From Eledone cirrhosa (Eukaryota): a DNA stretch of 64,000 bases. Shown piece by piece: positions 1 to 12,899 of the stretch. A model generated the notes under the pieces. That model ran no database searches. It was not told the origin of the DNA and was given only the letters and a program-made list of their open reading frames with translations. Position numbers and translations under genes: made by a program. Numbering within the stretch: the stretch's first letter is position 1; each line of letters begins with the position of its first letter. The stretch covers positions 10,230,001 to 10,294,000 of the forward strand of contig OZ024750.1 of assembly GCA_964016885.1 (NCBI GenBank). Direction: 5' to 3'.

Positions 1-67
1 TTTGGCTTCTATCCAGAATCTGCTTAAAAAACATCAACTTCTCGAGGCTGATGTTGGTGCTCATGAG
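1..67 (+). CDS. SPTAN1: alpha-spectrin exon (partial): [22 protein letters not shown]
   Basis: open frame from base 2; donor GTAAGG at 68. Confidence 0.9.
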
Positions 68-3000
68 GTAAGGAGTGATTTATTTTACCTAAAACTATTG
101 GAAGCTTGTCAGGTGTGTGTGTACCAGTGTATATATCAATGTGTCGAGTTGTGTCCCTTTATGGCTAGTTATTAGAGGTCATTAAAATTAGTACCAGATT
201 GAAATTAAGACTGGAGGCAATATGATTAAAAGGCTTGAAAGTGATGTCCCAGCATCGCTGCAGACCAATGACTGAAATTAGTAAAAGAATATAGTATGGG
301 GTGCGAGAAGAAATGGATTTAGATGGGATTAATATAGTCAATTAAGTTTGTCATTGAGACCTCTGGTGTCTTTGGTCCCTGGATGGCTGTTTTCCTTCTC
401 AAACTCAGGAGGAGTGAATCCTGCCTGAAGAAGGATCCCTGTAAGATCAAATGTTTGATTCTAATAAATCCGTTTTCATTTTAGGACCGTATCAAAGACT
501 TAAACACTCAAGCTGACCAATTTTTGGAGGCTGGAGTTTGGGATGTTGAGAGTATTGCTGAACGCAAGAAGACAATTAATGAAAGATATGAAAGGTAAGC
601 TTGCTTTCTTTTTAATACACTGAAGAACCTTAAACTGTTTTTTGATACACTGAACCTTAAACTGTTTCTTGATATTAGAACTTCAAAATAACCTTTTTAT
701 TATTATTTTGTTTAATCTAGAATAAAAGAGCTTGCTGAACAACGCCGTCTTAGGCTCAGTGAGTCTAACACTAGGCACCAGTTCATGAGAGATATTGACG
801 ATGAAGAGGCTTGGATTAAGTAAGTTGACTATTTATTTATATATATATATATAACAGAAATATTATTTATAAATATATAGCAGAAATTATTATTATAGTT
901 GGTATTATGAAGAAAATACAACCAAAAAACTACTTTCTTTTATAGAGAAAAGAAAATTCTTGTTAATTCTACTGATTATGGCCGCGATTTAACTGGGGTT
1001 CAGAACTTGAGGAAAAAACACAAACGACTTGAGGCTGAACTGAACAGCCATGAACCAGCTATCCAGGTAACATTTTAATATACTACCTTGCCACTTCCTT
1101 AGCGCCTTGTAACCTTGCTTCTCCATATATTTTCTATATATTTTTATTTTGGGAATATCATGAGTGTAGATCAATAACTCTCAAGTTTATTTTGTTGTAA
1201 AACTCTTATACAAGTTTTAAAAAATCACAACCTATGCCATATTATTTACAATCGCTCATATTTTTATTTTAATGGCATTAAATAAAATGACAATTGTTTT
1301 AGTGAAATAAAAAGAAATATATGGAACTTTTATTAAAATATATTTTAAGGCATCTTATCTTTTGGATTTCACCAGATTTGTTTTCTTCAATTTGATATTT
1401 TTGTTGTTTTCAGTTTGTCCAAGAAACTGGCCGCCGTCTGATTGCTGAGTCCGATATTAATGTTGCTGACATAGAAGCCCGTCTTAATGGCTTGGCACAA
1501 AGTTGGGAAGAACTAAACCAGCTATGTGTCCACAGGTTTGTTATTTTACATGTTATTTCTACCAGCTATGTAATGTACTCTATATTATATACTTAGAACA
1601 TTGTCTGTAGTTACAATGTATGCTAGTGACATATCTATATTCCTCTTTACCTCTTGTAGGAATTTTATAATAGGCTTTGTGTTTATATATTTGTTACATG
1701 TGTATATATTGTAATATATTAAATGATCACTGTTTGTTTTGTAGAGGTCAGAAACTGGAACAATCATATGCATTCCAACAATTTACAGCCAACGTTGAGG
1801 AGGAAGAAGCCTGGATAACTGAAAAACTACATTTATTATCTGGTGGAGATTATGGTGACACTATGGCTGCTGTACAGGTAATCAATATAGTTTTTAATGG
1901 ATCAATAGTAAAACTTTGATTGGCTCTTTGTTTTGTTTGTTAGAGATAAATGTATATATACTGGTAATTAGTTGACAGATTAGAGATACTTTCTTATAGT
2001 GGGGGTAATGTTTATGGGAGTTGTATACACTTTTATATGGTAAATATGTGGTTTTTGATGGACAGAAACTATTCTTTTAAAGTTTCAGGTTAATCTTCAC
2101 CATCATTCAACCCTTTTGATAACTATCCAACAAAAACAGGCTCTGGTTCTATGGGGTGGATGGGAAAAGAGTTGCTATTTGAATTAAAACCTTACAACAA
2201 TTTTATATAAAACTTGTTACAAATATCTTAATAAGGAAATGATAGTGTATTTTATTAGAAATATGGTGACAAAATGATTAAAAATAACCAACAATTTTCA
2301 AACATGTTTTAATGAATAGTCTAAAAGAAAGAATTTAATATTAAGTTACATTCATCATTTGTAAAATACTTGTTAAAACTTATCTTTGCTTCTACCTTAA
2401 TACTAATTTGTCTCTTATTATTTGTAGGGTCTGCTCAAGAAACACGAGGCTTTTATTACAGACTTCCAAGTTCACAAAGACAGATGCATGGAGATTCAAA
2501 GAGAAGGGCAGAATTTAATTGATGAGGTAAGAATTCATTTTATCTTGTTCTTCTTTATCTTCATTTATTTACTCTAAAGGGAATCACTTTTTATACACAT
2601 TATGATCCTGATTTGTACTGCATATAATAATGTCTATGAGGAATTGGATTTATGGATAAAGTTGTTTTACTACAGTATTTTATTCAGTTGATATCATTTT
2701 AAGTAATAAGCCAACTGTAATGTTTTAAATATCATTTCAAAACTGTATTATATATATTCAATATTGTTAATGGTGTTTAAATGTCTATTTAGAACAATCA
2801 CAATGCTCCAGCCATCCAACAACGTATCAATAGTCTCCAAGAAAAGTTGGCCTCCCTTGAGAACGCTGCAGCCCAGAGACACACAGGGTTGGTTGACAAT
2901 TCTGCCTTCTTACAGTTTATTTGGAAGACTGATGTTGTGGAAAGCTGGATTGGTAAGTTGACACTTTTGTTTTATCTCACCTAATATTGGTTGGGTGGAA

Positions 3001-6000
3001 TCATCTGATTACACTGTTATTGATGTGTTGTTGATAAAAGTGGGATATGGATGATTGAATTTAGACCCATGAATGTTAATGGTACTTACTGACATCTGAG
3101 TAATGACAAGTCAGTCTAAACATGAACTGAGACCAGAATTGGAGACATAACTAAATACTGCAAGCTTTTGTGACCATATTTTTTCTGTAGGTCCTCTGAT
3201 ACTGGTGAAATTGATGTAGTTCAGTTTAAATAATAAAGTCTAAACCAGTCAATGTGGGTGTTGGACCTTGCCAAGGGTGCACACTGTCACCTCTCCTGTT
3301 CATAATCTTCATAGACAGGATTGACACGCACAGCTGGGTTAGAAGTGGTATCAAGACTGGCAGGTGTAGGACCAGTTGGCTGGAATTTGCAGATGACATG
3401 ATACTACTTAACTTGTTTGAAGGTGATCTTTGACATACACTTGATAGTTTTAATGCCAAGTGTTGCTTAACAGGAATGAATATATATGATAGGAAATTAT
3501 TTGTGGTTGCATTCCTTTACATTAGGCCGACTTCCCTTCCCTTATGAGGTTGATTTGTAAGAAGGAAACAGTTCCAAAAAAAATATTTGAGTAGACATAC
3601 AACTAAAGTACTTAAAGGTGGTGCCCCAGCATGGCCTTAGTCTAATGAGTGAAATAAGTAAAGACTATGAAAATGTATAAAAAGTAGCGAACATAGTTAA
3701 TAAGAAATGATGTATAAATTGTAGAACAAATGTCTCATAAATGTTAAATATTTCCTTTAATTTATATAGCGGACAAAGAAACCCAAGTTCGCTCAGATGA
3801 CTATGGCCGTGATTTATCCTCCGTACAGACTCTGTTGACCAAACAGGTGGGTTATTCTGTTTTAAATATCTTTAATTTATTTATCATAAAGTGTATTTTA
3901 TGAGGAGAGAACCTCCTTTTAATTATCATCATAATCATAAATATTATTAATATTTTTTGTAGGAAACTTTCGATGCTGGATTACAGGCTTTTGAGAAAGA
4001 AGGTATTCATACCATCACTGCCTTAAAAGACCAGCTTATTGCATCCAATCATGCTCAGACTCCGGCCATTGAGAAACGCTACAATGATGTAATTGCCCGG
4101 TAAGTTGTGGCACTCCTTCACCTCAGTGTCGTACCTCATCAACTGAGCTGCCTTTCATATTACTCCCCCATTAATTCAGCCATACCACCTCCCCATTCTT
4201 TACATTAAAATCATTTTCTTTTCTTTTCTCAAACATTGATTAAATCATGTTGGTTGTTTCTATATATTTCAATTTATTGAATTGTTGTCTTTTCCAGATG
4301 GAAGAAACTTTTGGACGATTCAGAATCCCGTAAACAGAGATTGTTAAAACTCCAGGAGCAGTATCGCAAGATTGAAGACCTCTACCTTAATTTCGCTAAG
4401 AAAGCTTCAGCTTTTAACAGTTGGTTTGAGAATGCTGAAGAAGATCTCACTGACCCTGTCAGGTGTAATTCAGTAGAAGAAATTAAGGTAAATAGAACAC
4501 AGCTATGTTAAAATGACTGGCAACATAGATATTTCTTTTGGTTATTTGGCAATAAACATATATTAAAGTATATATTTTAAACTCTATGAGTGCCCTAAAT
4601 CTACTGTTATGGCGTTTATTTCCCACCTCTTGCATGTCAAAAACATATATTTTTTAGTTTACGATCTTTAATGATTTTTTGTAAAATGTAACAAAACAAA
4701 ACAAAAAATGGTAATCTTGGAACTGTGAAATATCAAAACTATATTGATGGCACTCAGTTAAACTGTGAATGATTTGGATTTCTTAATGCTATATAAATTA
4801 TTTGTAAAGAAATTGTGTGTGTGTATGTATATATGTATGTTTCTGTATGTATGTATGTATGTATGCATATGTGTGTGTTATATATATATGTATCTATATA
4901 TTTAACATTGGTATTTTTACAGGCGCTGAGGGAAGCCCATGACCAATTCAAGGCATCATTAAGTGCTGCTCAGGCTGATTTTAACCAACTTGCCAGTCTG
5001 GACAAACAAATAAAGAGTTTTAATGTTGGACCTAACCCATATACTTGGTTCAACATGGATGCTTTGGAAGACACTTGGAGAAACCTACAAAAAATCATCA
5101 AGGTACATTATTCCTAGTCACCTGTTATTCTTATCCCCTGGTGTAACATAACAATATATCAAACAATAGATACCTGACTGTCTTTAAATATTGTCTGATG
5201 TCACTATTGATATGATGGTTTATTAATCTCATTGTTCTATAAATTGACAGGAACGTGATGATGAGCTGAACCGAGAACAAAAAAGACAAGAAGAAAACGA
5301 TCAACTTCGTAAACAATTTGCTCAAGCTGCTAATGCTTTCCATTCTTGGCTGACTGAGACAAGGTCTGTATTTAACTGTCATCTATATTTGTACACCTCT
5401 CTCCTCTCTTTGTTGCTGCACAAACATGTCTCTGGTTGACTTTACATTGGAGATGTATTTATCTTTGTAGAAATACAATATCTTGTGTGTTCATTAGTGA
5501 CAGGGTCACTAGCAGATTCTCTAGAAGGTTAAAGGCCCAGAGAATATGATGAACCAATGTATATTTTTTGCTTGCTTTAAGAAATATACATGAATGAAAA
5601 TTATGGCTGTGGTGTTAAACCAAACAAAAATGGCCTTAATCGGAAAAAAAAAAAATCTTAAATTTTTATTAACATTTGAATATATTTTTGTTTCCATAAA
5701 AATATTTAAGATTATTATTTCTTTAGCTATCACGAACATTATGTAAGACATTTTTTTTTTTATTTGAAGTTAAAATATGATTTCAGACACGAAAAAATAT
5801 TTTTTACATAATTATTGTTTAAATGATTTACCATTTATTGATGTCTGTTGTTTAAATGATATAACTTTTGTTTTGTCTTTTCTCTTTTTACACAACTCTT
5901 GTATTCTATTGTACCTGGTACTTCTACTACTTGCCGTGACTTCAGACTCTGGCTTTTGGATGGGTTATTACAGTTTTTACCTTCTTAGCATGATGCCAAC

Positions 6001-7897
6001 TGATATGGCAGATCAGTGTATTTAATTGCTCTACATGGCCCCCACCCCAGAAGATGCTTACCCTAACATGTTGCAGTGCCTCTTTAATCAATTATTTTAC
6101 ATTAGGTCCTGTTGTTGAGGCATGTTAGCAACTAATCCATCATAATCCAGTTAATCCAGTTTGGTTCCCTCCTCAAATTAATCCAGTACAAAGCATGAAA
6201 TATATTAACATTTCAGTTAAAATCATCAGAAGTGGGAGCTTGCAGCTGAAACTAAGCATTCATAACTAAAGATCATTAACTTTGCCTTTCATCCTTACGG
6301 GGGTCGATAAAATAAAGTACCAGTAATGCACTGGGATAATTGCTGGCCTTGTGCCAAAAGTAGAAACAATTATTATTATTATCATCAAGGCAGTGATTTG
6401 GCAGAATCGGTAGAGCGTCGGACACTCTGCCTTGTGACATAGAATTACGGCCCTTTACGTTCTGAGTTCAAATCCCGCTGAGGTTAGCTTTGCCTTTCAT
6501 CCTTTTGAGGTCGATAAAATAAAGTACCAGTAATGCACTGGGGTCGATTTAATCGATTTTCCCCTCACCCAAAATTGCTGGCCATGTGCCTAAATCAAAA
6601 ACCATTATTATCATCATCATGGTGTGCTCTTAGATTTAGTTTTAACAATTGTAAAGTAATCAACTTAACGGATTTGAATCATCACTAATTATCATTTAAT
6701 TGCTATTAATTATACTAAATAACTGACATCATCATCATCATTATATCAATGTTGGATGTTGGACATTACATTCCAAGTCTTTGTTTAGAGTTATTACCTT
6801 AGATTGGTCAGAAGGTTGTGTATTGCTCAGACAATACATAAACCCTTCCATTACCATACTTCTAATGAAATATACTACCTGTGATTTTCAATTAATTTTT
6901 TAAAATAATATAAAATCTGGAAGGATTTAGTAATATAACCTCATTAAGTTGCTGTTTAAAACCTAACTTATGAAAAGGTTACATAAAATTATAGAGGAAG
7001 GTTTAAATTTAAACATGAACACAAATGACTTTTCATTATAAAACCAGGGCAGTTTCAGGTGAGTTGATATCAAAAGGATTAAATGTCTTCCGTTTAAAAG
7101 AGAATTTAACAAATGTTACTTTTCAGTCAGACTCTCTTGGAAATATTTGGCAGAAAGCCTGTATATTTAGAAATGTTTGGCAGAGAGCCTGTATATTTAG
7201 AAATGTTTGGCAGAGAGCCTGGATATTTGGAAATGTTTGGCAGAGAACCTGTATATATTTGGAAATGTCAAAGAGAAGTTCTGAGTGTTTAATTAGGAAA
7301 AATTGCATTGATGTTTTAAATTATTTGAGGTATTGTTAGAATATAAGACACATAAGCAATGTGTATTGTGTGTGAGAGAGAGAAAGAAAGAATACATACC
7401 TCCATTGCTGGTTTCTAACATTGAATTGTCTCCCCAGTCAAGATTGGTTTGATATTACAATTTAAAAAAAAAATATTTACAAATGATCGTTAGTGTCTTA
7501 TCTTGGATTGTAATAACTAATATTTCATGTCTCCCTTCCTTTTCCTCTCCCAATTCAGCCTATTATCTTAACTATTGATCCCAATAAAAGTAGATTTCTT
7601 TTAATGAATCTCTTACCCTATAATGTTTTTTTTTTATAGGCATTTAATATATTGGCTATTTTATTTGTTAGTCAATGATAGCATCCATGTTCCATTTGAG
7701 CTGACTTAACTGCTAGATTTTCTCTCTTCCCCTCATACAACCTGAACCGTACTAACCCAGCCTATTACCAGATAATAATTACCAAGTGCCTTTTAACATT
7801 AATGGTTTAGGTGTGTTAGCCAAAAGCATGTCAAATAGCAAGAAAATAAAACTGCCTGGAATTCTAATGAACTTGCTGATCTCAAGCATGTTTAAAA

Positions 7898-7932
<35 letters not shown>

Positions 7933-10609
7933 CATTGTAAAATATTTTATATTGTATTTGATAAAAATGGAAGTTAGGTTTAAGTATTGTATTAATATTG
8001 ATGATAATAATATTTAGAGTAAAGATTTAACTTATTTGTATGGTAACAAGAACTCTTCTTCATAAGTTTGTTACTTTGCTAGATGTTTTTATTTCTTTAT
8101 TTTCTGTTTAGTCTAAGATTGAAGCACCATTTTCTATTGGACCTCTCTAAAAAATATTACTGAATATTGATTATTCACAACACAGTCTTATATTCGAAAA
8201 TATAAGACAAATTTAATTGAGCCTTCCTGTGAAAACATTATTTTCTTGGTACTGAGAAAACCACAAGAAATTGCCATTATTTGTTTCACAGCTTGGTGGT
8301 TGTTCATCAGAAGAGTACCATTATCCTTCAGTCTACAAAGAGAACTTGTAATCAAATGTTATTTATACCAAAGACAAACCAGAACTTACCTTAACATGTA
8401 ATCTCTTATGTGTATCATATTTAAGTTTTCACGTCAAGGTTTTTTAAATGGTAGTTATATCTACATTGAAGTTGTAACCCTTGCTAGCTGGGAAAGCAGG
8501 TCGTAATGATGATGTCATGGTATATCATCATCATCATTTCACGTCCGCCTTTCCCTGCTTGCAGTGTGTGCATATATATATATATATTGTAGCTGTTATC
8601 AAAATGGTTACTATTTGTTGTTTTTAATCTGCCTTTTAATGTTCCCTTAAATAGCGTTTCTAAGATAGGCCCAAGGCCATGTCTTATCAATATTAGAAAT
8701 TGACTTAACTGTTTGTTTTGATTTTAACAGAGCTGCTATGATGGAGGGCTCCGGAAGTCTTGAAGATCAGTTGGAAGCTGTTAAGGTAAGAACCAACTGT
8801 GAAGACTTTCGAGATTTTGGAATAGGTACACTATCTCTGTATGTTGTAAGGGCTGACTAAAAGAGTTAGTGCCAGGAATGGTATCTGGCTGTAAAACACT
8901 GCTTCAGAAAGTCTCATCCAATCTATGCCAGTTTGGAAAAGATGATGGCATATAGAATCAATTTTTAAATTTCTTGTAACAATTCATCTTTAACTTGTTA
9001 ATTTTATTGAACTGTTTAACCAAATATCATCGTAAAAATAGCAGCTAATATACTTGATGTTGTAAACCAAGAAGTTTGAATTAAGATGACACCTTCGTTA
9101 AAATAAATAATTCTAGTTTTAAAAAAATGACAGGGGTAGTCAACCCTGAAATTTTAATTAAATATATGATGCACTGAGGAATAAGTTTCTTCTTCAACAG
9201 TACAGTCACAACTAAGATCTGGACATGTTTAAGTCTGATTAGGCTTCATCAGCGAATTTCCCTGGCCAAAATGGTGTTCCTCCCGAAGGGTCTTTGGAGT
9301 AACGTTACTCGACAGAGTGTGTAGTTCAGAGATCAGTCGCTCCAGGTAGAACTGCTACTTCTCCGAATTGAGAGATCACAGCTCCGGTACTATGGACATG
9401 TGATTATAATGTCTCACGAAAGAATTGTTGAACTCTGAGATCAAAGCAGTAGAACAAATACTGCAAGGTATCCAACAGTTCTGTTGATTTACCACCCTAA
9501 CATTACATTTAGAAGTTAGTGTCTGAATGTCTAACTGATATAATAAAACTATATTAAACAGTCTGTATGTATAGTAGTAGCAATTGTCTAATTAGTTTAA
9601 TACTACTATGTTAAATAGTCTCTATGTATAGTAGAAGTAATGGAAAGTGTATTTTTAATATGTTATCTTCTAAATGGCAGTTGTAAAATATCTCTGTATT
9701 TTAATTAAAATTTTAGCGTAAAGCATCTGAAGTTAGAGCACAGAAGGGTCAACTAAAACGAATTGAAGATCTCGGAGCAGCCATGGAAGAGAGACTCATT
9801 TTAGATAACAGGTAAGATTTAACCTCTACTTTGCTTTTATTTTCTGAAATTGTGATAGTATAGGTGTTGAACCATTTATTTGGCAAGTTTGGAGCCATAG
9901 TTGGTCTGAATTTCGGTATTACAGGTTAAATATAGACTAAGCAGAAAAATAAAGAACAAAACTGTATTTAATAAATACAAATCAATATACTTCTTCTTAA
10001 GTAAGGTCTGTTTAATCTTTATTAATCCATTTAAAATTCTCAAAATATCTGTATGGAATGTCTACCATGTAAAATATATAGAATGAAATTTCAACAAATC
10101 AATAAATATGACTGTTATTCACTTTCTGAACTCCTGCTCCTCTTATATTGATCTTTTTTGTAGCTATGATTACTTACATATTGTAGAGCAGTCATTTCTG
10201 AATATAAATGACTAAATATAAAATCATAAACATTTGCCAGCAGGTCAGAGATATCTATTGAAGATGGAGCCAAAAATCAAAACAAAATCAGTTTAAAAAA
10301 TAGCTGATTTTCTGGGTTTCCCAGATTTCTGGAAGTCAGATAAATGATTCAGTACCTGCGTTACCATTTGTAATAAGATGTCTTTGTTATATTTTTCAAT
10401 TATGTTGTTTGATTAACCATTGCCAGTAAATTTGGTTTCTAATTCTTTCTTTTAATTAGGTACACAGAACATAGTACCGTTGGTTTGGCCCAGCAGTGGG
10501 ATCAACTGGACCAATTAGGTATGAGAATGCAACACAATTTAGAACAACAAATCCAGGCCAGGTAAAAAATTCTTTCTCTCTCGATACATATATACATACA
10601 TATATATAT

Positions 10610-10668
<59 letters not shown>

Positions 10669-12899
10669 TGTAGTTCCTGTTTGTTTGTTTGTTTGTTCAC
10701 GAACTTCTCCTATGGTTTTGAAGATAGACCCCCATAACCATATATATTCTGAAACTACATTGCCAAGGGTACTTGGATAAGTATATTTCATTTTAATCAA
10801 AGGGTTCCCCGGGGGCACAAACCCCCGCTGAAAATTTTTTTCCCTTCAATTTATATGAAATTTAAACCATAGATAAGTGACAAGATATAATGCCTATTCA
10901 CAAAATTTCAGCAAATTTCAATAGTATTAAGACATCCTAATGGCGGGTTAAACCCCCTATAGTGAACATTTTGAAAGCCCATAACTTGAGTATTGGAACC
11001 TCTATTATCACGGGGTTTTTCTATTAATTAAACGTAAATCAACAAAAAAAGTACCTGTCTTTTATAGTAAAATTTGGCTAATTTAGACATTTTATCTATG
11101 GCAAAACATCACTAGAATTATGACAACAAACATTATTAGTTAAACTTTAACATTTTCCCTTTATTTTTTCTCCATAAATTATATCGCCTTACAAAAAAAA
11201 TGTGTGAAACGCAGCAAGGTGCGGGTAATTCAGCTAGTATATAATATATATTAACTGATGTATGGTGTTGGTAGTAGTAATCATAGTTTGTGTGTCATTA
11301 AAACAGCTGTAGACCTTGCAAATATTACTAAATTCTACATGATCTTCAAAATGATTCTCAATAGTAGATTTTTGTCAGTTTTGAATGTTATTGCAACTAT
11401 TTCATTCTTTGAAGTTTTTAACTCATTACTATTGTACCTCCTCTCTTTATTACAGAAACCGCAGTGGTGTGTCAGAAGACGCTTTGCGAGAATTCAGCAT
11501 GATGTTCAGGTAAAAAGCTAAATTATTTGTGGTTAAGAAGTTTGCTTCACAATCGTGTGGTTCTGGGCTCAATCCAACTGTGTAGTACCTTGGGAAAGTG
11601 TCTTCTGAAAGAATTTGATTGGCAGAAACTATGAAGAAGTCTGGTGTGTGTATGTATGTCTGTGCCTGTTGCTGTATGTCTGTCTCTCTATTGACACCAT
11701 TTAGAAAGCAAGTGGTAACGTTTGTTTATGTCCATCATAAACAGTATGTCTTTGAGACATTAAAATGATAATGTTGGCTCGAACAAGGTGGTGTAGTGTC
11801 CTCCTTTTCCTCTTCACTTTAACAGTTTCCCCTAAAACTAAAATTAAGGCATCTTCTCTGAAGATAAGCTTTATTCCAACTGTTACAATTCTATAGTCTT
11901 ATCACTGTAAATTGCCATTTATCTATAAATTTATAGCTGTAAAATGTCTCTCTCTCATATTCTTATCTAACATAAACCATTGTATTCATTTCAGACACTT
12001 TGACAAAGACAAAAGCGGCAAACTTGACCACCAAGAATTCAAATCCTGCTTACGAGCTTTGGGTTATGATTTACCAATGGTTGAAGAAGGTCAGGTCGAT
12101 ACAGAATTCAAAGCAATTTTGGATATTGTAGATCCCAATAGGTCAGTTAAAGTTTGTTTAATTCCATTTGAACACCAGTTTGTGATGACTAATTAATAAT
12201 TTACTTAATCTTGTTTTCTTAATTATTGGAATTAGTTTAATGTAATTTAACCCCAAATAAACCAATTTAACAATTATTTTCTAAATCTAAATTTCTTACA
12301 GGGATGGACAAGTCAGTCTGCAAGAATATATGGCTTTCATGATTAGCCGAGAGACAGAAAATGTCCAGTCCAGTTCTGAAGTGGAACAAGCTTTCAGAGC
12401 TCTCACTTCAGGAGAGAAACCTTATATCACAGCCCAAGAATTATATGCAGTAAGTTTCTAATAACATAACTTCTATACTATTATTTTCAATAATTTGTTA
12501 TAATGTTAATTTATTAAAAAATGATTAAAAAGGAAAATTGTTTGTATCTAATCCACTTACATACACATTGGAAATAATAATCCTTGAATAATAGAGAAAT
12601 GGTTATTTTATATGATTTTAAAAATATTTTAGAATTTGTTTTTGATAATTGTTTAGTATTACGGATAAATTTCTTTTCCTGTTAATTTAAAATATAGTTT
12701 TATCAAATATTGACAATTTGTTTCCTCACCTTTAACTGTTTAAAAAAATAACCACCTGTCCTTTTCTTTCTAGAACCTGACTAAAGAGCAAGCAGATTAT
12801 TGCATCAGTCGTATGAAACCCTACACAGATAAGACTGGTCGATCGATACCGGATACATACGACTTCACTGAATTCACCAAATCTTTGTTCATCAATTAG
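1..12899 (+). CDS. SPTAN1: alpha-spectrin (non-erythroid), 3' part of gene; 20 exons, 5' end outside window
   Basis: GT-AG exons splice into one open frame containing spectrin-repeat motifs ([48 protein letters not shown]), EF-hands ([28 protein letters not shown]) and a TAG stop at 12897-12899. Confidence 0.97.
485..594 (+). CDS. SPTAN1: alpha-spectrin exon: [17 protein letters not shown]...INERYER
   Basis: TTAG acceptor, GTAAGC donor, frame continuous. Confidence 0.92.
721..819 (+). CDS. SPTAN1: alpha-spectrin exon: [12 protein letters not shown]...[10 protein letters not shown]
   Basis: CTAG acceptor, GTAAGT donor. Confidence 0.92.
946..1066 (+). CDS. SPTAN1: alpha-spectrin exon: [32 protein letters not shown]
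   Basis: ATAG acceptor, GTAACA donor. Confidence 0.92.
1414..1535 (+). CDS. SPTAN1: alpha-spectrin exon: [12 protein letters not shown]...[12 protein letters not shown]
   Basis: TCAG acceptor, GTTTGT donor. Confidence 0.9.
1745..1877 (+). CDS. SPTAN1: alpha-spectrin exon: [13 protein letters not shown]...[11 protein letters not shown]
   Basis: GTAG acceptor, GTAATC donor. Confidence 0.92.
2428..2526 (+). CDS. SPTAN1: alpha-spectrin exon: [20 protein letters not shown]
   Basis: GTAG acceptor, GTAAGA donor. Confidence 0.92.
2793..2952 (+). CDS. SPTAN1: alpha-spectrin exon: [12 protein letters not shown]...[19 protein letters not shown]
   Basis: TTAG acceptor, GTAAGT donor. Confidence 0.92.
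3195..3485 (+). mobile_element. decayed LINE reverse-transcriptase fragment (RTE/Expander-like) in spectrin intron
   Basis: + frame reads [23 protein letters not shown]...[10 protein letters not shown] with an in-frame stop. Confidence 0.7.
3770..3846 (+). CDS. SPTAN1: alpha-spectrin exon: [25 protein letters not shown]
   Basis: ATAG acceptor, GTGGGT donor. Confidence 0.92.
3963..4099 (+). CDS. SPTAN1: alpha-spectrin exon: [15 protein letters not shown]...VIAR
   Basis: GTAG acceptor, GTAAGT donor. Confidence 0.92.
4298..4487 (+). CDS. SPTAN1: alpha-spectrin exon: [12 protein letters not shown]...[12 protein letters not shown]
   Basis: CCAG acceptor, GTAAAT donor. Confidence 0.93.
4923..5102 (+). 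CDS. SPTAN1: alpha-spectrin exon: ALREAHDQF...[23 protein letters not shown]
   Basis: ACAG acceptor, GTACAT donor. Confidence 0.93.
5251..5363 (+). CDS. SPTAN1: alpha-spectrin exon: [38 protein letters not shown]
   Basis: ACAG acceptor, GTCTGT donor. Confidence 0.92.
5946..5963 (+). CDS. SPTAN1: candidate alternatively spliced 18-nt alpha-spectrin microexon (LWLLDG)
   Basis: TTCAG|ACTCTGGCTTTTGGATGG|GTTATT; phase 2-2, frame-preserving; gives [17 protein letters not shown], resembling vertebrate ETR-TYLLDG-SCMVEESG. Confidence 0.7.
6389..6609 (+). mobile_element. tRNA-derived SINE with Deu/Nin-like central domain (partial copy at 6275-6370)
   Basis: A box TGGCAGAATCGG, B box GAGTTCAAATCC, GCCTTTCATCCTT..GGTCGATAAAATAAAGTACCAG; many copies in window. 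Confidence 0.8.
7137..7268. repeat. 30-bp tandem repeat, ~4 copies
   Basis: unit GAAATGTTTGGCAGAGAGCCTGTATATTTA. Confidence 0.9.
8731..8785 (+). CDS. SPTAN1: alpha-spectrin exon: [18 protein letters not shown]
   Basis: ACAG acceptor, GTAAGA donor. Confidence 0.92.
9717..9811 (+). CDS. SPTAN1: alpha-spectrin exon: [32 protein letters not shown]
   Basis: TTAG acceptor, GTAAGA donor. Confidence 0.93.
10460..10561 (+). CDS. SPTAN1: alpha-spectrin exon: [34 protein letters not shown]
   Basis: TTAG acceptor, GTAAAA donor; highly conserved alpha-spectrin motif. Confidence 0.95.
10575..11237 (+). mobile_element. non-autonomous Helitron in spectrin intron (5' boundary approximate)
   Basis: (TA)n/(GTTT)n near 5' end; CGCA..TGCG hairpin then CTAG|T at 3' end. 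Confidence 0.6.
11456..11509 (+). CDS. SPTAN1: alpha-spectrin exon: [18 protein letters not shown]
   Basis: ACAG acceptor, GTAAAA donor. Confidence 0.93.
11995..12141 (+). CDS. SPTAN1: alpha-spectrin EF-hand exon: [15 protein letters not shown]...ILDIVDPNR
   Basis: TCAG acceptor, GTCAGT donor. Confidence 0.95.
12302..12449 (+). CDS. SPTAN1: alpha-spectrin exon: [21 protein letters not shown]...ELYA
   Basis: ACAG acceptor, GTAAGT donor. Confidence 0.94.
12774..12899 (+). CDS. SPTAN1: alpha-spectrin last coding exon: [17 protein letters not shown]...EFTKSLFIN*
   Basis: CTAG acceptor; TAG stop 12897-12899. Confidence 0.94.
   Translation, partial: NLTKEQADYCISRMKPYTDKTGRSIPDTYDFTEFTKSLFIN

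Noticed and set aside
6389-6480. tRNA genes suggested by A and B boxes
   Set aside because: No cloverleaf; they are heads of multicopy SINEs
8292-8347. Possible cassette exon in the spectrin intron
   Set aside because: 56 nt, not frame-preserving, and no spectrin similarity
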